Assembly (NCBI GenBank): GCA_964551445.1
Contig: CAZKCG010000014.1
Coordinates: 26,765 to 38,688 of the forward strand
Source: an uncultured bacterium
Lineage (GTDB): Bacteria > Muiribacteriota > UBA9980
Length of the DNA: 11,924 bases
Direction of reading: 5' to 3'
Shown here: positions 5,026-11,924 of the stretch, piece after piece
Layout of the letters: every line of letters starts with the position of its first letter
Position numbering within the stretch: the stretch's first letter is position 1
The notes under the pieces: model-generated
The model's database searches: none
What the model was told of the DNA's origin: nothing
The model's input: the letters and a program-made list of their open reading frames with translations, nothing else
Made by a program: the position numbers and the translations under genes

Positions 5026-6432
5026 ATGAAAGTATGCAGAAATTTCAAAGCTTTAATTTTAATTTCATCGCTTTTCTTCTTCTGTCTTTGCGCTCTTGAT
5101 CTGCCCGTCATGCGCAACAAAGCATTTGCCGAAGAGAAAAAAACGGTTCCCAAAAATGAAACGATAAAAAAAGACAAAGACAAAAAAACTGAAGATAGCT
5201 CAACCGCCAAAAGCGACGGCAACAAGAAAAAAGAAACCGCTTCCGATAAAAAGAAGAGTAAAGATGAGAAAGCGGCCGCCGCTAAAAACAAAGATAAAAA
5301 AGAAACCGAACATGCTGAAAATTCGAAGAAAACAGAAAATAAATCTTCCGAAATGAAAGACAAAGATAAAAAAGAGTCCCGGGCAGCTGAAAATTCGAAG
5401 AAAAAAGACAAGAGCGTGACCGCGAAAAAAAGCTCGAAAAAAACAAAGGACGGCAAAACGGCCGCGGCCGATAAAACTTCAGCAAGTGAAAAATCCGCGA
5501 AGGCGCCCGCAAAAACCGATGAGATAACAATAAATTCGACCACTTTCAAACTCGGGGGACTCACGCTCGAAGAAAGTTCGACCGCCAGAAGCGGCGACAA
5601 GCTGAAAAAAATAAAAGAACTCGCGTCCGAAGTAAAACAAAGTTACGAAACGACCCGGAAGACCAAACCCAAAAAAACCAATAAATATTCGTTAAAACTT
5701 CCGGAAAGCTATCATCAGGTAGATATGCGACTCGCTCAACAGGTAATGGACCGCGTTAACCTTAAATCATTTTCCATGTTCCGCAGGCTATATCAGCCTT
5801 ACGTTAAAACCGGGAAACTCAAAAAAATACCGGAGCCTAAAAACAAGCCCAAAGACGAACTGGACGGACGGATAAAAATGACCGTTTTCATAGTCGCAAG
5901 CTTTATAAACGAGGTCATTGAAAAATACGATTCGGGCAACCTGTCGAAAAGCCACAAAAATTTCGGCGACTGGGTGAGCGAAGGCGCGCATATCCTCGCC
6001 TACGGCGGAACTTATTCAATGAAGATCCCCGTGGAAAAAAGCTCGAAAAAGAAAAAAGAAAAAAGCGGGATAATTTCCGCAAGCGTCGCGAAAAAACTTT
6101 TGAGAGCGCTTATAGAAACGGAATCGTCCGGAACGCAGATGAAAGGCGGAAAAGTTTTCACATCGCTCAATATGTCGACCTATCCGAACGACGGCTCCTA
6201 CGTGATAGGCTTCATGCAGGAATCGGTGAACGACTTCGCTCGCGGCGTGAACCTTTTCGACCCGGAGGTCAATATCAAATACACATGCAAAAAGCTGCAT
6301 AAATACCTGGTCAAATACGGAGGAAATATAGATATGATGCTGCGCGAATATAACGCCGGCGCCGGAAACATGGACTGCGCGCAGGCCCACAGGTATTCCG
6401 GAAAAATAATGAGCAGGATGAATAATTACTAG
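5026..6432 (+). CDS. Secreted lytic transglycosylase (SLT/GH23-like C-terminal domain) with an N-terminal lysine/aspartate/glutamate-rich disordered repeat region.
   Basis: The 468-aa ORF has a GGGGG ribosome-binding site 5 nt upstream of the ATG at 5026. The signal peptide is MKVCRNFKALILISSLFFFCLCALDLPVMRNKAFA|EE. Residues 37-166 are very K/D/E/S-rich. The C-terminus carries the SLT family-1 motifs ALIETESSGT (catalytic E-S), IGFMQ (G-L/F-MQ) and EYNAGAGN (AYNAG). Confidence 0.75.
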   Translation: MKVCRNFKALILISSLFFFCLCALDLPVMRNKAFAEEKKTVPKNETIKKDKDKKTEDSSTAKSDGNKKKETASDKKKSKDEKAAAAKNKDKKETEHAENSKKTENKSSEMKDKDKKESRAAENSKKKDKSVTAKKSSKKTKDGKTAAADKTSASEKSAKAPAKTDEITINSTTFKLGGLTLEESSTARSGDKLKKIKELASEVKQSYETTRKTKPKKTNKYSLKLPESYHQVDMRLAQQVMDRVNLKSFSMFRRLYQPYVKTGKLKKIPEPKNKPKDELDGRIKMTVFIVASFINEVIEKYDSGNLSKSHKNFGDWVSEGAHILAYGGTYSMKIPVEKSSKKKKEKSGIISASVAKKLLRALIETESSGTQMKGGKVFTSLNMSTYPNDGSYVIGFMQESVNDFARGVNLFDPEVNIKYTCKKLHKYLVKYGGNIDMMLREYNAGAGNMDCAQAHRYSGKIMSRMNNY

Positions 6433-6526
6433 ATAAAAGAGAATAACGAATTCTGTTCTCTAACTTTCATTAATCACGCAAATTAAGAAGTAACTGGAAA
6501 AATTTCATATATCAGGGTGGGCAAAG

Positions 6527-8965
6527 GTGAACTTATTTATTCGAAAAAACAAAGTATATTCTGTTTTATCCATATTCATTTTTATTTCCCTTTCGTTGTT
6601 CACACGGGGCGGCGGCGCGGCTGAAAAACCTTCGATAAAAGACGTGCTGACGGACACGATAACGCGTCAGGAACAGGGCGCGGATATTTCTCCGGCGCGG
6701 GATCTTCCGCAAACGGGGGGGCTGAGCGTCGATGAACTCGAGGATAAGATCGTCATAGGCTGGCGCGGGCCGAAACTCGGCGAGATACTCGACACCGGAA
6801 TAAAAAAACGCGGCGCGCAGGTGGCCGAATATCACATCTTCAAAAGCAGGAACGCGAAGCTGAACTTCGTCCTTTGTAAAACCGTAAAAGCTAACAAGGA
6901 CGGACATTATAAATACGAGGATTTCGACCTTCAAAATAACTCGACCTATTATTATAAAATAATGATGGCCGACCGCGAGGCCGGGCTTCATGAATATATC
7001 CCTCAATTCAGCGCGGTGACGCGCGATATCAACAGGCCTAAAAGACCGCGCCGCCCCGAAGTTTCAAGCGGGGACGGATTCGTGAAGGTCCTGTGGCAGC
7101 CTTATACCGCGGATGATTTCAGCGAATATCAGATACTTCGCGCGGCGGAGGTCGGGGGCGAGCCTGAGATCATCGCCAGAATAAAACAAAGCGGGATCTG
7201 CCAGCTTGTCGATTCAGAGATCATAAACGGCAAAACCTACCTATATTCGGTCAAAATAGTCGATAAAGCCGGGAACGAAAGCCGCGAGTCCGACGAGGTC
7301 GTTGGAAAACCTCGCGACTCTTCCGCTCCCGCCGCGCCTCAAAATCTGAGATCGACGCCCGGAAATAATTCCGTAACTCTCTCATGGCAGCGGCCGGCCG
7401 ATCGCGACGTGGAATTTCACAGGATCTACATGCACGAAGGCGAGCTTAAGCCTGGCGCTAAAATGAAATGCATCGCTACCATCGCGGCTAACGATTCATT
7501 CCTCAACTCGTTCGAAGTTACGAAACTCAAGAACGGAAAGATCTACTTCTTCGAAGTAACGGCCGTCGATTTTTCCGGCAATGAATCGCCGAGATCGTTC
7601 GAAGTCAAGACCTCGCCGGTAGATTTTACGCCGCCGAAAACTCCGAGTTATATAAAGACCACTTCAATGAACGCGGCCATGCGCATAGAATGGGCGCAGG
7701 TCCCGGATTTCGACAATGATCTGGGCGGTTATAGAATTTACAGGAAATCCACCGCGTTCCCTAAATATATAGCGGTAGCCGAGGTGCGAAGTCCGAAAGC
7801 CTCCGCCGAACAGATGTTCTCGTCTAAAAAGAAAAAGGAGCGCGAAGGGGCCGCCGCGGGTTTTTATCCGACTATTTACGAATATACCGATAACGGGCTT
7901 TATAACGGCATGCCGTATTATTATTATGTGGTCGCCTTCGATAAAAAAGGTAATGAAAGTAAACCCACTGAGATCTCTGACGGGATACCGCGCGATAAAT
8001 CCGCGCCCAAAAAGGTCGAAGGCGCGGCGGCCGTATCTCATCTTAAAAAGATAGAGATCAAATGGAAAAAGAACAAGACCGACCGGGACCTGCTTGGTTA
8101 CTTCATATACAGGCGCGCCGAGGGAGAGGATAAATACGCTCTGATCGCTGAGATCAAAGATCTTGAAAAACCTTCATTCACGGATGAGAATCTCGCCATG
8201 GGCGTTAAGTATCATTACCGCGTGGCGGCATTCGACGAGTCAAGGAACGAATCGGTTTCTTCGGATGAATTTTTCGGCACGGCTCGATTTCCCAACCAGA
8301 TATCTTTCTCACGGGCGTACCTGAAAAACTACCCGCATACTTACTGCTACAGCATCAACCTCAACGGCATGAGCCTTTCGTACACGAAAAGCCAGGACAA
8401 TATAAGCTGGTCTTCATGGTCTGAAACGATAAAACTGCCTTCGGCCCCGCCTAATTTCGGCCGCATGGCGCAGATCTCGGTTCAAAAATGGACGAGCGGG
8501 ATACTCGTTTTCTGTTACAACCCCGAAACGCTCGATCTTTATTTCACGAACACGCCCGACGAGAAAAATTTCGGGACCTGGCAGATGCTTTTTAATAAAA
8601 TTGAGCTTCCGCCTAACTTCGGGACCAACTGCCACATATCTTTCGAAAAGGACGAAAAGACGCTTATGGCGTTTGCCTATAATCCCAAAACCTCTTCGGC
8701 TTATTATTCTTTCAGCCGCGATCTGGAGAGCTTCCTCAGATGGAACCTGTGCGGCCTTAAGGTCGCGCCGCCGCCTGAAGATTCGGACCTTACGAAATAC
8801 TGCATAACCTCGGATGAAAAAGGGTTCTACCTTTTCTCGTTCGACACTGAAACGGCGAAGGTCATGCAAAGCTTCTGCTTCGACAAAAAACACTGGAAAG
8901 CATGGTATAATTTCGCGAAGAATATGAAAAAACCGCCGAATCTCGAAAAGTCAAAAAACAATTAA
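6527..8965 (+). CDS. Secreted 812-aa protein with five fibronectin type III-like domains and a C-terminal Trp-rich tandem-repeat domain of unknown type.
   Basis: The start is GTG at 6527, with AGGGTGGG 6 nt upstream. The signal peptide is MNLFIRKNKVYSVLSIFIFISLSLFTRGGGAA|E. Five FN3 C-terminal strand signatures are present (YYYKI; YLYSVKIVDKAGNESRES; YFFEVTAVDFSGNESPRS; YYYYVVAFDKKGNESKP; YHYRVAAFDESRNESVSS), each preceded by a Trp about 50 residues earlier. Residues 587-812 contain repeats of about 55 aa with PPNFG, YNP and Asp-box-like S-x-D...W motifs. Confidence 0.75.
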   Translation: MNLFIRKNKVYSVLSIFIFISLSLFTRGGGAAEKPSIKDVLTDTITRQEQGADISPARDLPQTGGLSVDELEDKIVIGWRGPKLGEILDTGIKKRGAQVAEYHIFKSRNAKLNFVLCKTVKANKDGHYKYEDFDLQNNSTYYYKIMMADREAGLHEYIPQFSAVTRDINRPKRPRRPEVSSGDGFVKVLWQPYTADDFSEYQILRAAEVGGEPEIIARIKQSGICQLVDSEIINGKTYLYSVKIVDKAGNESRESDEVVGKPRDSSAPAAPQNLRSTPGNNSVTLSWQRPADRDVEFHRIYMHEGELKPGAKMKCIATIAANDSFLNSFEVTKLKNGKIYFFEVTAVDFSGNESPRSFEVKTSPVDFTPPKTPSYIKTTSMNAAMRIEWAQVPDFDNDLGGYRIYRKSTAFPKYIAVAEVRSPKASAEQMFSSKKKKEREGAAAGFYPTIYEYTDNGLYNGMPYYYYVVAFDKKGNESKPTEISDGIPRDKSAPKKVEGAAAVSHLKKIEIKWKKNKTDRDLLGYFIYRRAEGEDKYALIAEIKDLEKPSFTDENLAMGVKYHYRVAAFDESRNESVSSDEFFGTARFPNQISFSRAYLKNYPHTYCYSINLNGMSLSYTKSQDNISWSSWSETIKLPSAPPNFGRMAQISVQKWTSGILVFCYNPETLDLYFTNTPDEKNFGTWQMLFNKIELPPNFGTNCHISFEKDEKTLMAFAYNPKTSSAYYSFSRDLESFLRWNLCGLKVAPPPEDSDLTKYCITSDEKGFYLFSFDTETAKVMQSFCFDKKHWKAWYNFAKNMKKPPNLEKSKNN

Positions 8966-9009
8966 AACGCCGGCGCTTAAAGCGTCTGATAATTTTTCGG
9001 AGGAAAAAA

Positions 9010-10020
9010 GTGGTCATAAAAAAATATATAAAAGAACGCACTAACGAACTGGAAGCCATTTTCAAAAAGTTTGCGGGCATCAGAATGGTCATAGTCGGAG
9101 ACATTATGATCGACGAATACCTCTTCGGAAAATGCTCGCGCATATCGCCGGAGGCCCCCGTACCGGTCGTGGAAGTATCACGGCGCGAGTTCAGGCCGGG
9201 CGGCGCTGCAAACGTGGCCAGAAACGTTCTCGCGCTCGGCGGAACGGTGTCGTTATGCGGCATCATCGGTTCCGACGGCATCGGCAGGCTCGCCTGCGAA
9301 GAATTCGAAAAACTGGGCATAGGCGCGAAAGCCGTTTTTACTGACGAGACGCGGCCGACAACGCTTAAGACCAGGATCATGGCGCATAATCAACAGATCG
9401 CAAGGACCGACATCGAAAAGCGCCATGAAGTATCCGACGCCATCCGCGCAAAGATAATGAAATATTTCAAGGATAATTTAAATAAGTTCGACGGAGTGAT
9501 AATTTCCGATTACGCGAAAGGCCTCGTCAGCAAGAACCTCCTTGACGAGCTTCTGCCGTTTTTGCATAAGAACAAAAAGATAGTGACGGTGGATCCCAAG
9601 GTCGCCAATTTTTACCACTACCGCGGCGTGACCTCGATAACCCCAAACCGTAAAGAACTTTCAGACGTCCTCGGCGTTCCGGTCGAAACCGGCGAACAGC
9701 TTATGGCGGGCGGAAAATCGATATTGCACGACCTTTCACTCGCTTCCCTGCTTGTGACCCTCGGCGAGGAAGGCATGTGCCTCTTTACCGCCGACGGCAA
9801 AACCTTCATGATACCGACAGTAGCGCGGGCGGTCTATGACGTGACCGGCGCGGGCGACACTGTTATAACCTCTTTCACGATGGCTCTTATCGCCGGAGCG
9901 GATTTCGCGACGGCGGCCCTCATATCCAATTTCGCCGCCGGAGAGGTCGTAGGAATGCTCGGAACTTCAACGGTCGGATGCGACCAGGTCTTTCGCGCGA
10001 TCAAAAATTTTAAAAAGTAA
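9010..10020 (+). CDS. hldE: D-glycero-beta-D-manno-heptose-7-phosphate kinase (HldE domain I / RfaE1 homolog, pfkB ribokinase family). Kinase only, with no adenylyltransferase domain.
   Basis: The 336-aa ORF has a GGAGG ribosome-binding site 6 nt upstream of the GTG at 9010. Motifs [42 protein letters not shown] and [10 protein letters not shown] match the N-terminal kinase domain of E. coli HldE ([49 protein letters not shown]). The protein ends about where the E. coli kinase domain ends. Confidence 0.88.
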   Translation: [336 protein letters not shown]

Positions 10021-10057
10021 TTAAACGAGTTTCAGATACCGAAGGGAGAGATGAGAA

Positions 10058-11635
10058 TTGAAGATATTAACGGCCGGACAAATGCAGAAAATAGACCAGG
10101 CGGCGATGAGAAATTATTCGATACCCGAAATCATTCTTATGGAGAACGCTGGCCTTCAGACGACGCTCGCCATTATGGAGACATTCCCCGACATAGACCA
10201 AAAAAGCGTGCTTATCGTTTCAGGCCCGGGAAACAACGGCGGCGACGGCTTCGTCATCGCGCGGCACCTTTCCAACCTTGGTTCTTCAGTGAACGTGGCC
10301 ATAACTCAAAGCGCCGTCAAATATAAGGGCGTTTCAGGCGAAAACCTTGAAATATTAAAAAAAATGAATGTCCCGGTCCTTGAGATCACCACCGAAGGAT
10401 CTATATACGAATTATTGAATATAGCCGCGTTCTCGGACGTCATAGTAGACGCGATCTTCGGCACCGGCCTGTCCAAACACATCGAAGGCCATTATCTCGC
10501 CCTCATAAACGGCCTGAACAGCGTCCCGGCGCCTAAGATATCGGTCGATATCCCTTCAGGCATAGACGGTTCCACCGGCCTCGTCATGGGCGCAGCCATA
10601 AAAGCAATGTGCACGGTCACTTTCGCGGCCCCGAAGATAGGACATGTTTTAGATCCCGGTTCGCACTACATCGGAAAATTTTACATCGCCGATATCAGCA
10701 TACCGAAAGTTCTTTTAAATTCGCCGGATTTCAAGGTAAATCTTACGACCGAGAACTTCGTCAGAACTAAACTTCCCGCGCGGCCCGGATCCTCGAACAA
10801 GTCGACCTTCGGAAAAGCTCTTTTAATAGGCGGTTCAAAGCTTTACAGCGGCGCGCCGAAGATCGCCCGCAACGCGCTTCTGCGTTCGGGAGCCGGCGTA
10901 TCATTCGTAATGGTCCCTGATTCGATATTATCCGAAACACAATCCGATAATACGGACGCCATAATCATAGGCTTAAAATCATCTAAGGACGGTTATATCA
11001 AAGCCTCTCTCGAAAATATCGAATCGGTCCTTGAATTTATCAATATCAATAAGATAACGGCGGTAGGCCTCGGAATGGGCATGACGGATACCGAAGACAC
11101 CGCGGCATTCGTCGGGGAACTGCTTTCTAAGATCGAAGTTCCCGTCTGCCTCGACGCCGACGGCCTGTCAGGATTGAAAAAATATAAAGAAAAGATACTC
11201 GCCAACCGGGGGCTTAAGCTAGTGATAACTCCCCATGCCGGCGAAATGGCGAAACTCATCGGCAGTTCTTCCGAAAGCGTTCTCATGGACCGGCTTAACA
11301 TCAGCCGCGATTTTTCATCGGAAAATAACTGCGTCACGCTTTTAAAAGGGCACCGGACCATAATTTGCGATCAGGAAGGGAAAACCTACATCAACACTTC
11401 CGGAAATCCGGCCATGGCCAAAGGCGGAATGGGCGACGCTCTCACGGGCCTTATAACGGGATTTCTCACGCTCGGAATGAAACCGATGGACGCCGCAGTA
11501 TGCGGATGTTACATTCATGGAAAAGCCGGCGATCTGGCCCTGGCCAAAGTTTTCGAATATTGCATGACAACAAACGATCTTATCGGAAAAATATCGGAAG
11601 CCATGGCCGCGGTCGCGGGGACGACGAAAAGATAG
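10058..11635 (+). CDS. nnr: Bifunctional NAD(P)H-hydrate repair enzyme Nnr (N-terminal NAD(P)H-hydrate epimerase, YjeF_N; C-terminal ADP-dependent (S)-NAD(P)H-hydrate dehydratase).
   Basis: The 525-aa ORF has TTG as its probable start, with AGGGAG 8 nt upstream; an alternative ATG lies at 10082. The YjeF_N signature SGPGNNGGDGFV is present. The C-terminal domain carries the carbohydrate-kinase-like motifs GHRTIICDQEGKTYINTSGNPAMAKGGMGDALTG. Only a 37-bp gap separates it from hldE, so the two are probably co-transcribed. Confidence 0.88.
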   Translation: MKILTAGQMQKIDQAAMRNYSIPEIILMENAGLQTTLAIMETFPDIDQKSVLIVSGPGNNGGDGFVIARHLSNLGSSVNVAITQSAVKYKGVSGENLEILKKMNVPVLEITTEGSIYELLNIAAFSDVIVDAIFGTGLSKHIEGHYLALINGLNSVPAPKISVDIPSGIDGSTGLVMGAAIKAMCTVTFAAPKIGHVLDPGSHYIGKFYIADISIPKVLLNSPDFKVNLTTENFVRTKLPARPGSSNKSTFGKALLIGGSKLYSGAPKIARNALLRSGAGVSFVMVPDSILSETQSDNTDAIIIGLKSSKDGYIKASLENIESVLEFININKITAVGLGMGMTDTEDTAAFVGELLSKIEVPVCLDADGLSGLKKYKEKILANRGLKLVITPHAGEMAKLIGSSSESVLMDRLNISRDFSSENNCVTLLKGHRTIICDQEGKTYINTSGNPAMAKGGMGDALTGLITGFLTLGMKPMDAAVCGCYIHGKAGDLALAKVFEYCMTTNDLIGKISEAMAAVAGTTKR

Positions 11636-11665
11636 TGAATAGCGTAAAGTTAATAGTGAATAGTT
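11632..11665 (+). repeat. Two direct copies of ATAGTGAATAG (11632-11642 and 11653-11663) exactly 21 bp apart. The first copy overlaps the nnr stop codon.
   Basis: Read directly from the sequence: ...GATAGTGAATAGCGTAAAGTTAATAGTGAATAGTT... Confidence 0.8.
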
Positions 11666-11675
11666 ATGGACTTGC

Positions 11676-11699
11676 GCGAGCTTCGCTCGCTCTTTATTT
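11676..11699 (+). terminator. Rho-independent terminator for nnr.
   Basis: GCGAGC-TTC-GCTCGC (11676-11690) forms a 6-bp GC-rich stem with a 3-nt loop, followed by TCTTTATTT (11691-11699). Confidence 0.6.
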
Positions 11700-11823
11700 A
11701 AGTGCATTTGATTTCGCGGGATGAATATTTATCGCCGGGCGCGGTATCGGCCCGAAATTTACGACAAGCAGAAATCAGGCTACTGAGAAACTATTTTAAA
11801 ATGGCGGCCAGAGGCCGCGACTA

Positions 11824-11837
11824 AACTATTCACTATT
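11824..11837 (+). repeat. Inverted copy (AACTATTCACTATT) of the 11652-11665 motif. It forms a 14-bp perfect inverted repeat flanking about 158 bp.
   Basis: AATAGTGAATAGTT (11652-11665) is the exact reverse complement of AACTATTCACTATT (11824-11837). Confidence 0.8.
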
Positions 11838-11924
11838 CTTTATTCTCTATTATCTATAGTTATTCAGGTTTTCCGCGTCAAACAGCCGTTTATAATTTTA
11901 TCTACTTCCTCGATTTTATAAGGC

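Noticed and set aside
5010-5600. A 196-aa minus-strand ORF (and 5282-5530) antisense to the transglycosylase gene.
   Set aside because: It lies entirely within the K/E-rich low-complexity repeat region, where the complementary strand of AAA/GAA-rich codons is naturally free of stops. Its product is Phe/Leu/Ser low-complexity and it has no ribosome-binding site. It is a shadow ORF.
6016-9380. Antisense or overlapping ORFs 6016-6390(-), 6566-7006(-), 7664-8041(-), 8414-8893(-), 8862-9380(-), 9132-9344(+) and 9618-9809(-).
   Set aside because: All are embedded in, and out of frame with, long ORFs that have strong homology or motif support (SLT domain, FN3 repeats, HldE kinase). They are Arg/Gly-rich, as expected for reverse or alternate frames of GC-containing coding DNA. 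They are shadow ORFs.
11342-11724. ORFs 11342-11707(-) and 11365-11724(+) overlapping the 3' end of nnr and its terminator.
   Set aside because: They overlap the well-supported nnr reading frame and its terminator, they are Arg/His/Gly-rich shadow frames, and they lack ribosome-binding sites.

Overview
This 11.9-kb window comes from a bacterial genome with A/T-rich wobble positions but many CG dinucleotides. It holds about ten genes and no recognisable defence system. The minus strand (484-3905) carries a tightly coupled four-gene operon. It encodes a large bitopic membrane protein with proline-rich linkers, a pseudopilin-like bitopic protein, a canonical prepilin (KGFTLIEM class III signal) and a secreted or lipoprotein-like protein. 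This looks like a type IV filament or T2SS-like pseudopilin module. It is driven by a promoter at 3941-3969, whose position shows the six-frame ORF start at 3950 is too far upstream. The divergent plus-strand cluster starts with trmL behind a near-consensus extended -10 promoter that predicts an almost leaderless mRNA. tRNA-Leu(CAA) follows with a perfect TTGACA-17-TGnTATAAT promoter and an unusual large-loop terminator. Next are a secreted lytic transglycosylase with a histone-H1-like lysine-rich tandem-repeat region and an 812-aa secreted protein with five FN3-like domains plus an unrecognised C-terminal Trp-rich repeat domain. A kinase-only HldE homolog and the bifunctional NAD(P)H-hydrate repair enzyme Nnr complete the cluster. 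Both window edges carry repeats that coding sequence does not explain. A nested GC-rich direct-repeat block lies at 1-211. At the 3' end (11632-11837), three copies of ATAGTGAATAG include a 14-bp perfect inverted repeat flanking about 158 bp. The most novel candidates are the pseudopilin operon with its giant proline-rich member and the transglycosylase-FN3 surface-protein pair. All functional calls rest on recognised motifs read from the translations. No database search was possible.
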